Positions 9,484-19,332 of a stretch of DNA of 57,823 bases are shown piece after piece. Source of the stretch: a virus (taxonomy: Duplodnaviria > Caudoviricetes); the IMG/VR virus record IMGVR_UViG_3300008954_002723, positions 1-57,823 of that record. The stretch is one strand, 5' to 3'. Position 1 is the first letter of the stretch, and each line of letters opens with the position of its first letter. A program made the position numbers and the translations under genes. Under the pieces are notes generated by a model. The model was given only the letters and a program-made list of their open reading frames with translations. It had not been told where the DNA came from and searched no databases.

Positions 9484-10446
9484 ATGGCACAAACAGATGA
9501 AACATATAATAAGTTACTTAAAAAAATTCTGGACAAAGGATGTAAAAAGGGAGATCGTACGGGGACAGGAACTACTTCCCTATTCGGAGAGCAAATCAAA
9601 TTTAATATGTCCGAAGGATTCCCTTTACTTACCACAAAAAAGATCCACACCAGATCTGTCATCTATGAATTACTCTGGTTCCTTAAAGGAGACACCAATG
9701 TGGAATATCTCCAGAATAATGGTGTAAGTATATGGGATGAGTGGGCAGATAAAGAAGGAGAATTAGGTCCCGTATATGGAAAACAGTGGGTTAAGTGGAA
9801 ATATATTAAAGAAAATAAGGTTTTATTTGTTGATAAGGGATTATCTCTAGAATATACTCCTACCTACATTAATCAAATTAAAAATGTCATAGATACTTTA
9901 CAAAGTAACCCCGATAGTAGAAGAATGTATGTATCGGCATGGAATGTTGGGGAGATTGATCAAATGAACTTACCACCTTGCCATTATGGTTTTCAATTAT
10001 ATACTCAGGAAATGACATTTAATGAAAGATTAAATTATTATTTAAAATTATCTCCCTTATCTAATAATATATCAGATTTAAGTAATAGTAAATTAGATGC
10101 GTTAAGAGTACCCAAACGAAAAATTAGTTTAATGTGGAATCAAAGAAGTGTAGACACTTTTTTAGGATTACCTTTTAATATTGCCTCCTATGGTTTTTTA
10201 TTACATATGTTTGCCCAACAAGTTAACATGATACCTTATGAGTTAAAAGGGAATCTAGGAGATGTTCATATTTACGATAATCATAAACAATATGTTGAGG
10301 AGCAATTAAGAAGAGAAACTAAATTTTCTTCCCCTACCTTAAAACTTAATAAACCATCTAATATATTTAATTACTCTTTTAAAGATTTTGAGATTCTTCA
10401 TTATGAATCTTACCCTAATTGGAAAAATGTTCCTATTGCCGTTTAA
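9484..10446 (+). CDS. thyA: Thymidylate synthase
   Basis: DRTGTGT, FPLLTTKK, ELLWFLKG, LGPVYGKQW, catalytic LPPCH, QRSVDTFLGLPFNIASY, HIYDNH. Confidence 0.97.
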   Translation: MAQTDETYNKLLKKILDKGCKKGDRTGTGTTSLFGEQIKFNMSEGFPLLTTKKIHTRSVIYELLWFLKGDTNVEYLQNNGVSIWDEWADKEGELGPVYGKQWVKWKYIKENKVLFVDKGLSLEYTPTYINQIKNVIDTLQSNPDSRRMYVSAWNVGEIDQMNLPPCHYGFQLYTQEMTFNERLNYYLKLSPLSNNISDLSNSKLDALRVPKRKISLMWNQRSVDTFLGLPFNIASYGFLLHMFAQQVNMIPYELKGNLGDVHIYDNHKQYVEEQLRRETKFSSPTLKLNKPSNIFNYSFKDFEILHYESYPNWKNVPIAV

Positions 10447-10483
10447 TTTATCAATTAATTAAGTATTTATTATAAAAATACTT

Positions 10484-11275
10484 ATGCACATTAATAGACT
10501 AAAAGAGCAAGATGTTAACGATATAATTGAAAAGGAGAGTATTGACCTTTCTTCCTTTAAGGTAAGAGATACCTTAAACCCTAAAATATTTGATTCTAAA
10601 GAACATATGTATGGTGATGTGAGAACCCGTATGTTAATGATCGCTGACGATTTTTTTGAAACATTAGACATTGGATGGGTAGAAATTGATGATATTATAT
10701 TAACTGGAAGTTTAGCGAATTATAATTGGTCTAGATTTTCTGATGTAGATTTACATATCCTATTAAAATTTGAGGACGTAGATGATAATACTGATCTAGT
10801 AAGAGAGTATTTTAACTCTAAGAAGAATTTATGGAATGAGAAACATAATATCACTATTAAAGGATATGATGTAGAATTATATGTTCAAGATACTACTGAA
10901 CCTCATGTCTCTAGTGGTGTATATTCAGTGCTTTGGGATGGATGGGTAGTAAAACCCGAAAAAGGAAGTAAAAAAATAGATGAAAAGAAAGTCACTCAAA
11001 AAGTTAATAGTTTAATAGATGGTATAAAACATCTTACTAAATTATATAGTGACGCTGAATATGATAAAGTAATTCGATCTATTCAAACACTTAAAGAAAA
11101 AATTAAAAAAATGCGTCAAGCAGGATTAGACAGAGAGGGTGAGTATTCTTTTGAGAATATTGCATTTAAAGTTTTAAGAAGAATGGAAGTTTTAGATAAA
11201 ATAAGTAAGTTAGAAACTATGGCATATGATAGTTCTTTAACATTAGATGAATCAATTAGATTTTTAAAAAAATAG
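10484..11275 (+). CDS. Pol-beta superfamily nucleotidyltransferase
   Basis: TGSLANYNWSRFSDVDLH (GS...DxD) and VELYVQ; preceded by TATTTAT at 10464. Confidence 0.8.
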   Translation: MHINRLKEQDVNDIIEKESIDLSSFKVRDTLNPKIFDSKEHMYGDVRTRMLMIADDFFETLDIGWVEIDDIILTGSLANYNWSRFSDVDLHILLKFEDVDDNTDLVREYFNSKKNLWNEKHNITIKGYDVELYVQDTTEPHVSSGVYSVLWDGWVVKPEKGSKKIDEKKVTQKVNSLIDGIKHLTKLYSDAEYDKVIRSIQTLKEKIKKMRQAGLDREGEYSFENIAFKVLRRMEVLDKISKLETMAYDSSLTLDESIRFLKK

Positions 11276-11279
11276 AATT

Positions 11280-12272
11280 ATGGGAACATATTTACAGGGT
11301 GAAGAAATTGCGGTACATGATTGGACCAAAATAAATTTCGATAAATTCATATATACGGCATTTAGATTTAATGGCACTGCCGCAGGACCAACAATAGTTA
11401 TAAATGGTAACACTTTTACTAAAATAATTGGTACCCAAATCAATTGTATCGTCCATGAAAAAAATACGGTAATAGATGAAGATTTAATATTAATTGGTAA
11501 TTTAAAACCTGATTATAGTGCCAATATTCACGGCATACCCTCAGATCAATATAATAGTAAATATTCTTTTTATTTTGATGGAACTATTCCTGATGATTAT
11601 ATGGAAGGTAGTGATGCGGGAGGAGGACCAGGAGCGTTAACCGGATCGCTGTCCCTATCTACATGGGTTAAACATGATGTAACACTACCAGTTGGTGCAC
11701 CGGATAGAATTATTCTCGATAGAGCTAATGCGGGGGTTACTCAAGGATATGCCTTAGTTTTAGATGATATTAGTCAAGGTAGATGGTCATTTTATTTAGG
11801 GACTGGTGCGGTTAGTAGATTACGAGCTACCTTACCTCATCCTCCTTTACGTAATGTATGGTATAATGTTATAGGGACATGGAATACCGATACTAAAGTG
11901 CAAAGTATATATATTAATGGTGTTTTACATGATGATACCACATTAGGTGCCGTCACTTTAGTAGCTCCGGCAAATAATACCCTAATGGGGTGTGCTAACC
12001 CCCCAGGAACTTGGCCTTTTACTGGTAATATAAATAATATTTCTATATGGGATAAAGAACTCTCGCCCGATGAAATAAGTGAATTATTTAATGGAGGAAT
12101 TCCTAATAATTTAGATCTTCATTCGGCTCGTAGTAATGGGGTCTCTTGGTGGAAAATGGGAGATGGGGCAACTTGGGACGGCACAAGTTGGACTGTTAAA
12201 GATTTGTGGGGAGGAACAGATGTGGTATCTAATAGTATGGGATATAATGGTCGACAAATAGATACCCCATAG
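11280..12272 (+). CDS. Virion protein with a C-terminal LamG/concanavalin-A-like lectin domain
   Basis: SLSTWVK...WYNVIGTWN...IYING...FTGNINNISIWDKELSPDEISELFNGG...WWKMGDG. Confidence 0.85.
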   Translation: MGTYLQGEEIAVHDWTKINFDKFIYTAFRFNGTAAGPTIVINGNTFTKIIGTQINCIVHEKNTVIDEDLILIGNLKPDYSANIHGIPSDQYNSKYSFYFDGTIPDDYMEGSDAGGGPGALTGSLSLSTWVKHDVTLPVGAPDRIILDRANAGVTQGYALVLDDISQGRWSFYLGTGAVSRLRATLPHPPLRNVWYNVIGTWNTDTKVQSIYINGVLHDDTTLGAVTLVAPANNTLMGCANPPGTWPFTGNINNISIWDKELSPDEISELFNGGIPNNLDLHSARSNGVSWWKMGDGATWDGTSWTVKDLWGGTDVVSNSMGYNGRQIDTP

Positions 12273-12336
12273 ATTATAAATGTTGTTTTAGGTTTTTTTA
12301 TTAAATTTGCAATATTTATTATATAAATAAAAGATT

Positions 12337-12690
12337 ATGACTTATTTGACAGGAGAAGTTTGTGTAATACATTCCGAAGCGGAGGTTAATTTTGATATGT
12401 TCATTTATAGTGCAGTGTATTGTAATGTAGCATCGCCTCCCAGTTATACTATAAATGGTGCTGCAGTTGCAATGGTAGCTGGAGAGACTTTAGAAGTAAT
12501 AGTAGATGGGCATAGTACTATACCATCCGGAACCGATATATTATTTTTAGGTAATCCTAAATTTGCGGGTGTTTGTACCACAGGCAATACTCAATCAGGA
12601 TTGGTTTCCACTTCTGCTCAAAGTACTGCAGAAACATGGCAATTTCAAAATATAAAGACTGGAACTTTTTTCCGTTCCACAGATGAATAA
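12337..12690 (+). CDS. Small putative decoration protein, paralog of the N-terminal domain of 11280-12272
   Basis: MTYLTGE...NFDMFIYSA...TING...ILFLGNPK aligns with MGTYLQGE...NFDKFIYTA...VING...LILIGNLK. Confidence 0.65.
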   Translation: MTYLTGEVCVIHSEAEVNFDMFIYSAVYCNVASPPSYTINGAAVAMVAGETLEVIVDGHSTIPSGTDILFLGNPKFAGVCTTGNTQSGLVSTSAQSTAETWQFQNIKTGTFFRSTDE

Positions 12691-14377
12691 AAAAAATGAA
12701 TTAAAAAGATATAAAATGGCAAATTTTGTAAACCCAAAAAAAATTAAAGGTCAAGATAAAATGAATAGGATCAAAGACCTTATGGGAAAATTAGATCCTA
12801 TTAACGAAAGTAAATCTTTATCTGAACTAGAATTAGTTAAAAAAGGACCTAATGGAATAGTATATGGTATCATTAGAGAAAATAGAGATTATTTTATTAA
12901 AACCTCCGATAAAACTTCAGGAAATTTTATGTCTGAAGATTTTAATTATGTGGGAGGATTAAAAAATAAAGGAAGTGAAAAATATAAATCTTATGCAGAT
13001 GCTTTAAAACATTTGAATTTAAAATTTGATATGTTAAATGACTCATTTGGTATTGAAAGAAATACTAACCTTTTTGAGAGTGATGGCGTTGCCTTTGGTG
13101 GTGGTGCTGGTTTTGGGTTTGTATTACCTGAAGAAACTAAAGAAAATGAAATAGAGGTTATAGAAGATCAGAAATCAGTAATTAAAGTGGATGCTCCGCC
13201 AGTACCAGAAGCACCTGTGGAAGATGAAGTAGACATAGATATGAGTGATGAAGGGGGGGATATGGATTTTGATGCTGAAGAAACCGATGTTGAGGTTGAT
13301 GATGATGACGAAGGAGATTCATATACTAAAAAAATACAAAAATTAACTGGTAAAGTAGCTCAAATGGTAAGGGATAAGGATGAACCAGATGCTGAATTAG
13401 ATAAATATGTTATCAACTCCATTATTTCGGCAATTGATTGGGAAGAGATTCCAGATGAAGATGTAGAAGATATTATTGATAAAATAGAAGGAGAAGATGA
13501 AGAAGACGATGCCTTAGAAGGTGGTGATGAAGAAGTAGTAGATATTGATATGGATGTAGAAGAAGAACCAACTGACGAAATAGCGGAATCTGAAGAAAAA
13601 GATAAGGAAGAACATGAAGATTTAGACGATGAGGAGGATGAAGAAGATAAAGATGAATTATCTAATGAAGATTTAGAAGAAAGACTGAAACATCATGAAG
13701 ATGCAATTGCTAATATCAAAAAAGAAATAGAAGATCTATCCACAGACGAAGAAGAGGATAAAAAAGATAAAGATGAAGAAGAAAAGGAAGAAAAAAATGA
13801 ATCTAAAACTTTTTCAAAAAAACAACTAATGGAATCTTTTTTAAAAAAAAACGCTAATTTAGCCCTTAAAAAAGTTTTAACAGAAAATCAAGCAATTTGT
13901 GAAGAATGTTTAGGTGAAGGTTGCCCTTCTTGTGAAGGATTAGAGGAAGATTTTAATGTTACCAATCAAATTGCAGCTTTGGATGGGGATAATGTTCATG
14001 TAGTCCCAGAACAGGAAGTGGATATTGCAACCGCAATTGCTACGGGGCAAGATTATTTACACGCCACAGGTGATTTAGATAGAGATGGTGATCAAATTCC
14101 TAATAGATTAGATATGGATAATAATTCTGATGGAGAGTTAGATTTTGAAACTTTTGGTGATGATGAAGGGTATATCGAAATTGATATTGATGCTATAATG
14201 GGAAATAATCCCGCACCTGCCGAACCAACTACAAAACCCGGCACCAAACCAACTACCCGACCAGGTAAAGGAAAACCTAGATGGAAAAAGATACCACGAC
14301 CAAGTGTGGATCCAAGACCTAAAGCATTAAAGGAAAGAAAAAAACCTACAATAAAAAGAAATGGAATGTATAAATAA
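12683..14377 (+). CDS. Highly acidic putative internal head protein
   Basis: D/E-rich; RIKDLM motif; CEEC...CPSC; DRDGDQIPNRLDMD calcium-binding-like motif; Pro/Thr/Lys tail; likely start MANF at 12716. Confidence 0.65.
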   Translation: MNKKNELKRYKMANFVNPKKIKGQDKMNRIKDLMGKLDPINESKSLSELELVKKGPNGIVYGIIRENRDYFIKTSDKTSGNFMSEDFNYVGGLKNKGSEKYKSYADALKHLNLKFDMLNDSFGIERNTNLFESDGVAFGGGAGFGFVLPEETKENEIEVIEDQKSVIKVDAPPVPEAPVEDEVDIDMSDEGGDMDFDAEETDVEVDDDDEGDSYTKKIQKLTGKVAQMVRDKDEPDAELDKYVINSIISAIDWEEIPDEDVEDIIDKIEGEDEEDDALEGGDEEVVDIDMDVEEEPTDEIAESEEKDKEEHEDLDDEEDEEDKDELSNEDLEERLKHHEDAIANIKKEIEDLSTDEEEDKKDKDEEEKEEKNESKTFSKKQLMESFLKKNANLALKKVLTENQAICEECLGEGCPSCEGLEEDFNVTNQIAALDGDNVHVVPEQEVDIATAIATGQDYLHATGDLDRDGDQIPNRLDMDNNSDGELDFETFGDDEGYIEIDIDAIMGNNPAPAEPTTKPGTKPTTRPGKGKPRWKKIPRPSVDPRPKALKERKKPTIKRNGMYK

Positions 14378-14775
14378 TGAAATTAGTATACATAAATAAA
14401 GTAGGACAAAATTGGAAAGGGAACTTCATTTATGAATTTCTCTTTTCTGATATATTAGATGATATTGACGGGGAAGGTTGGGATGCTTACCCAGCATCTA
14501 ACAATCCTGAACCACCATCCGAAAAATTTATTAAAAAATCTGGGGTATTAGTGGGTGATTTAAAATTAGAAATTGTTCAAGAATCAGATTCTTTTGCTAT
14601 GTGGGATGCCGTAGATGGTATTATTGCGATGGCATGGGAAAATTTAGATGGTTATGACGAATATCCTGAAAAAAGACTGTTCTTCTCATTCGGTGAGGAA
14701 ATAGATTCCGTAGAATCAAAACTATATGAAAAGGATATGGTATTACAATATAATAAAGAATTATTAAATATATAA
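14377..14775 (+). CDS. Hypothetical phage protein
   Basis: 132-aa ORF coupled to the upstream gene (TAATG overlap). Confidence 0.75.
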   Translation: MKLVYINKVGQNWKGNFIYEFLFSDILDDIDGEGWDAYPASNNPEPPSEKFIKKSGVLVGDLKLEIVQESDSFAMWDAVDGIIAMAWENLDGYDEYPEKRLFFSFGEEIDSVESKLYEKDMVLQYNKELLNI

Positions 14776-14778
14776 AAA

Positions 14779-15387
14779 ATGAAAAAGAAAGTTAAAATTT
14801 ATGAATCTGAAATTAAAAGAGCGGTTCGAAGAGGTGTAATGGAAAACATCTTTGAACTACATGAAATGAAAGATACTTACAGTAAAGCTAAATACCACCA
14901 ATCTCCTAGAGAGGCCGGTATTGAAGGTGTTTTTGGTCAATATGGAGAAGAAATTCCAGCATCAGTATTAAGGTATATGAGAAAAAACCCTAAAGTAATC
15001 ATTAAAAGATTATATGATGTTTATGGGCAACAGATGTTTGATTATATTTCCCAAAATTTATCTACTCCCGATGTAGATATAGAGGTGGCTGACGAAGAAG
15101 TAGTTGTAGACGAAACTTTAATAAAGATACCTGCGGATAAATATAAAGAGGATATGAAATTTCCGGAAGATTCGACAGTAGAAATTACTGAAGATAAACC
15201 ATCTAAAGGACTATCTAAAAAGAAAAAATCTGATGTCGTTAAAAAAGCACGAAGAGGAGGAGATATAGGTAAAAAAGGAAAAAATTTCGATAAAATAGCG
15301 AATAAAGCGGCTAAAAGATATGGTAGTAAAGAAGCAGGTGAAAGAGTCGCCGCGGCAGCCATGTGGAAAAATATTAATAGAGGATAA
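14779..15387 (+). CDS. Putative internal head protein with a basic C-terminal module
   Basis: N-term KVKIYESEIKR...VMEN; C-term KPSKGLSKKKKSDVVKKARRGGDIGKKGKNFDKIA...AAAAMWKN. Confidence 0.7.
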   Translation: MKKKVKIYESEIKRAVRRGVMENIFELHEMKDTYSKAKYHQSPREAGIEGVFGQYGEEIPASVLRYMRKNPKVIIKRLYDVYGQQMFDYISQNLSTPDVDIEVADEEVVVDETLIKIPADKYKEDMKFPEDSTVEITEDKPSKGLSKKKKSDVVKKARRGGDIGKKGKNFDKIANKAAKRYGSKEAGERVAAAAMWKNINRG

Positions 15388-15398
15388 AAATTTAACTC

Positions 15399-16052
15399 AT
15401 GCCATTTAAATCTCTTAAACAACGTAGATGGATGTGGGCAAATATGCCTGAAATGGCTCAAGAATGGGAAAACGAAGAAAAAGCACTTAAAAGAAAAAAA
15501 CGTAAAAAAAGAAAAGTGAAAAAAGAAGGTATTAACCCTAAAATGAAAAAAGGAGATTTAGTAGAATATATTAAGTCTAAAAAAATAGTTAATGAACAAG
15601 ATAGGGATCAATATGACTTTCCCCGTTTAAATGAAATTACAGGACAAGAGCGAAGAGATATAATGAAATATTTCGAGATGCTTAGACAAAGTGGTATTAT
15701 TAATATGTTTGGTTCACACTCCATATTAAATTGGAATAAGGATGATTTACATAGATTTTTATATGGGGAAAGAAATGATCCTGAATCTATTGAAAGAGAA
15801 ATTGAGGAAGAAGATTATGACAATGAAGATGGGGAAAATGATAACACCATCTCAATATTAGAAGATAAATTAGAAAAAATTAACTATTTATTAGATAATA
15901 AGCAAAAGATTAGGGATGTATTAATCCGAGCGGCATTAAATAGAATAGAGAATACCGATGGTAATCATGAAATGAGAAATGTACAACGTATCTTTGAAAA
16001 GATGGCAAAAGAAGCCTGGCATTTTTGGGTGGGGATACAAAATATAAACTAA
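15399..16052 (+). CDS. Hypothetical protein, putative internal head protein
   Basis: N-terminal MPFKSLKQRRWMWANMPEMAQEWE module; IVNEQ; LRQSGIINMFG. Confidence 0.7.
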   Translation: MPFKSLKQRRWMWANMPEMAQEWENEEKALKRKKRKKRKVKKEGINPKMKKGDLVEYIKSKKIVNEQDRDQYDFPRLNEITGQERRDIMKYFEMLRQSGIINMFGSHSILNWNKDDLHRFLYGERNDPESIEREIEEEDYDNEDGENDNTISILEDKLEKINYLLDNKQKIRDVLIRAALNRIENTDGNHEMRNVQRIFEKMAKEAWHFWVGIQNIN

Positions 16053-16059
16053 AAGGGAT

Positions 16060-17514
16060 ATGAAAAAGAAAATTGTAATAAAATTAGGTGATATCACTAA
16101 AAGAGTAATTAATGAACAACAATTACTTAAAAAGGAACAAAAGAGAATTCGTACACTTAACGAACAAATAGAATATGATGAAAGACATCCTGAAAGAATG
16201 AATCCTTCTATCGAAGATAGTTTACGTCAAGGTAAACATACCTTTGGGAAAAATAAGGGGTTACCTATGACGGGCACAGATCAAAACTATTCTGAAAAGT
16301 TAGCAAGTGCCAGGTTTAAAGATATAATAAACAAAGTTAAAAGATATCATGGTATTGATCAGATTAATCCACAAATGATGATGGAGATGATGAGAATTAT
16401 GCAAGAGGTTGCTCAAATAGAAACACAACATAAAGATGAATTAGAACAATTAGCTATAGATATTGTAAGTGAAGAGTTCGATATTCCAGACGATATGTTA
16501 GATGCAGAATTATTACCACCAGGATCTCCTTTAGATTTAGAAGGTGAAGATGAAGAGGAACAAGAAGAAGAGGAACAAGAATTCCAACCAAAGAGTGCGG
16601 AGAGAATGGAAGAATTAGAAATTGAAGTGGATAAAAGAAATATTATAAATGCATTAATGCAAGGAGCATCTAAAAAAGGTCATTATATTTTTCATATGGT
16701 AGCAGATGAATTAGACGAAATCGATCCACGATTAATGGGGTTATATGGTAAATTAATGTCATTAGCAGATTTCCAATATTGGGTAATTCCTGATCAAGCA
16801 ATGGGGGGACAAATTGGGGGAACCGAAAAAATTAAATGGGTAGAAGTAGAGAAAGAAGAAGGAGAAGAAAGCGAAGATGGTAATGAAGAAGAAGTAGAAG
16901 AGGAAAAAGAAATAGAACCACGAATAGAAGCGAAGGCATGGATATTCCCACTATTAGTGCATGAATTAATTAAAGGATCTATGGAATTAGCCGCATCTAA
17001 TTGGGGGGAAGGTCATTTAGATTTTGAAGAACAAAAACATGTGATAGATAGAGCAGATACAATAGAAGGAGAAATATGGGGAATGAGATTAGGCCCGGGA
17101 ATGTGGGGAAAATTTGTAGAATGTATTGACCCTAAAGATTATAGTATTAAACAATGGTTATTCCATGAATTAACTAAATTACCAGCGGAAAAATTTCATA
17201 AATTTATTAAAGAAATATTATCCCAAAGTGGTAAATGTAGTGAAGTAATAAGTCACTTAAAAGAGTTACATGATGCCGATAGTGATGAAGAATTAGAAGA
17301 TTTTATAATGGGAGATGAAGAATCATTTGAGGATGGACTTGATGATTTAATGGTAGATGCTGGTGTAGAAGAACCTACTGAACCCACACAACAAGATGAA
17401 CCAAAAGAGGTTGATTACTCCGAGATGTCTAAAAAAGAAATTCAATCACTGATTGATGATGCTTTAGATGCGGGGGACTTTGATACTGTAGGGAAGTTAC
17501 ATAAGTATTTGTAA
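16060..17514 (+). CDS. Acidic protein with a C-terminal IDEAL/UVR-like helix
   Basis: 484 aa; VINEQ and LNEQ; HELIKG; C-term EIQSLIDDALDAGDFDTVGKL. Confidence 0.7.
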   Translation: MKKKIVIKLGDITKRVINEQQLLKKEQKRIRTLNEQIEYDERHPERMNPSIEDSLRQGKHTFGKNKGLPMTGTDQNYSEKLASARFKDIINKVKRYHGIDQINPQMMMEMMRIMQEVAQIETQHKDELEQLAIDIVSEEFDIPDDMLDAELLPPGSPLDLEGEDEEEQEEEEQEFQPKSAERMEELEIEVDKRNIINALMQGASKKGHYIFHMVADELDEIDPRLMGLYGKLMSLADFQYWVIPDQAMGGQIGGTEKIKWVEVEKEEGEESEDGNEEEVEEEKEIEPRIEAKAWIFPLLVHELIKGSMELAASNWGEGHLDFEEQKHVIDRADTIEGEIWGMRLGPGMWGKFVECIDPKDYSIKQWLFHELTKLPAEKFHKFIKEILSQSGKCSEVISHLKELHDADSDEELEDFIMGDEESFEDGLDDLMVDAGVEEPTEPTQQDEPKEVDYSEMSKKEIQSLIDDALDAGDFDTVGKLHKYL

Positions 17515-17543
17515 GATATAGTAGAACCGTGAAGAGTGAAAGA

Positions 17544-17570
17544 GAATCCCACTAAATGTGGGATTTTTTT
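17544..17570 (+). terminator. Rho-independent terminator
   Basis: AATCCCAC-TAAAT-GTGGGATT followed by a T-run. Confidence 0.8.
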
Positions 17571-17604
17571 ATGCTTTAAAACTATTTATAAGAAAACTAT
17601 AGTA

Positions 17605-18087
17605 ATGAAAATCAAATTAACAGAAAACCAATTCCAAAGGATAGTTAAAGAAATGAGATTCGATGGTAAATCCACTGGTTTATTTAGTGAAGAAGAACCC
17701 GTAACTGAATTATATAAATCTACTTATAAAAACGCAGCAGCAAAGGCAGTAGAAGAGAAAGATGATGAATTAGCCATAAAATTTCTTAAACATTCAAATA
17801 GTAAAGGTATTCCTGATGATATAGATGCGGACGGAATACATGATTCTGAAGATGATGAATTAGCAGTGGATAGATTTGATATTGAACAAAGAATTAAAAG
17901 TACAATGAATGAATACTTTGCGGATTCTTATGAAGACAAATACGATAAATGGGAAAAACTAGAAAGAGATGTAGATTCTTGCATACGTTCCATTGTTGAA
18001 ACACATAAAGATAATTTTGGTCATGATTCTTATGCCGTCATTGACGCAATTTATCAAGTAATGGATCAGATGTTTCAAAAAGTATGA
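17605..18087 (+). CDS. Putative internal head protein
   Basis: Likely start MKIKLTENQFQRIVKE downstream of TATTTAT at 17583 (the track start 17536 overlaps the terminator). Confidence 0.7.
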   Translation: MKIKLTENQFQRIVKEMRFDGKSTGLFSEEEPVTELYKSTYKNAAAKAVEEKDDELAIKFLKHSNSKGIPDDIDADGIHDSEDDELAVDRFDIEQRIKSTMNEYFADSYEDKYDKWEKLERDVDSCIRSIVETHKDNFGHDSYAVIDAIYQVMDQMFQKV

Positions 18088-19211
18088 AATTAACTCTCCA
18101 AAATATTATTAGTGAAGATATTAGAGATAACTCTAAAATTGAAAATGCGGTTTATAAAACTTTATCATCAATAATTAAAAATAAAAACTATGAGGAAGAT
18201 GATAGATCATATGTTAAATGGAAGGGTATTGCTGATAGTATAGCCGAAATAATGGGTATAACTTATTGGGATGTAATATTTTTTATGTTTAAATGGGCGA
18301 TGTCGAAAGGAATGGATCCTTTTGAGGAATTTGATATGGAATTAGATACTGTCACTAGTCAAGGTGAGTCGGTGGACTTTCTAGAAAGAATTGGTTGGTG
18401 GGAGAAAAATTTTGATATTCTTAAAATGGCGAATTTTCATGATATCATAATAAATAAAAAAGGTAAAATTACATTATATGTAGATAATTGGGAAGAATTT
18501 GCAGAATTGTTTGAAGAAGAGCAAACTTTTGGGAGAGCATTATCTGAAGATTATGAAGAATTCTTTAGTGGTTGGAATGAACATTTTTCCACTATATGGG
18601 AAGATGTTGATGATAAAAATATCCCTCGTATATTAGAGTCATTACCTTCTTATACCGATAAATTAGATCCCTATGGTGTTCCTGAAGTGTTAGATGAATT
18701 TGCGGATGAAGAAACAGGGTTAGTTGATGTAACCCCCCGTCTTCTTAGTTTTATAAAAGATAATGATACTAATAATATCCTAGAAGAACTAATTGAAGAG
18801 AATGGGGCATTAAGTGATTTAAAACATGATATTAAAAATGCCTATAATGTAGCCTATAACGATGCAGCACAAAGTGAACTATTCAATATTGCAAAAACTG
18901 AGTTGGAAGAACTTTTTGGTGGAAAAATAGATTGGGTAAAAAGAAAAGGTCCCGATGATACAGTATATAATGATTTAGCGGTTACCATTAGTGAGGAAAA
19001 CTTAACGGAAAACCTTAAGAAGTATATTGATTACTATTCCGAATTCCCCAGAACAAATTACAGTAGTTATATAGGTATGTTAACCGACATCTTAAATGAA
19101 AATGATGATTTATTAGGGGGGGTAGATTTAAATTATTGGTATCCCGATAGTGATAAAGCACACGAATATTTCAATGACGCACTTCCAGAATATTTATATA
19201 TGAGCACCTAA
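18084..19211 (+). CDS. Acidic hypothetical protein
   Basis: 375-aa ORF, ATGA overlap, N-term LQNIISED. Confidence 0.7.
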   Translation: MKLTLQNIISEDIRDNSKIENAVYKTLSSIIKNKNYEEDDRSYVKWKGIADSIAEIMGITYWDVIFFMFKWAMSKGMDPFEEFDMELDTVTSQGESVDFLERIGWWEKNFDILKMANFHDIIINKKGKITLYVDNWEEFAELFEEEQTFGRALSEDYEEFFSGWNEHFSTIWEDVDDKNIPRILESLPSYTDKLDPYGVPEVLDEFADEETGLVDVTPRLLSFIKDNDTNNILEELIEENGALSDLKHDIKNAYNVAYNDAAQSELFNIAKTELEELFGGKIDWVKRKGPDDTVYNDLAVTISEENLTENLKKYIDYYSEFPRTNYSSYIGMLTDILNENDDLLGGVDLNYWYPDSDKAHEYFNDALPEYLYMST

Positions 19212-19215
19212 AATT

Positions 19216-19332
19216 ATGAAAGTTATAATTAAAATAATAATATTAGTATTGTCGATATCCTTTTTAGGGTCTTGTTATTCGACAGGCCAATGTGTACAAT
19301 CACCAGCAGAAGAATATAAAAATTACAGATGA
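19216..19332 (+). CDS. Tiny predicted lipoprotein (38 aa), not in the ORF track
   Basis: MKVIIKIIILVLSISFLGSC-YSTGQCVQSPAEEYKNYR*: basic N-terminus, hydrophobic core, lipobox LGSC; ATGA overlap with the next gene. Confidence 0.65.
   Translation: MKVIIKIIILVLSISFLGSCYSTGQCVQSPAEEYKNYR

Noticed and set aside
9484-10446. thyA as a dCMP hydroxymethylase or an intron-containing gene
   Set aside because: It retains the dUMP-specifying Asn and all ThyA motifs in one frame; the two insertions are short in-frame loops.
13140-13810. GAA/GAT-rich quasi-repeats
   Set aside because: Codon consequence of Asp/Glu-rich protein, not a DNA repeat element.
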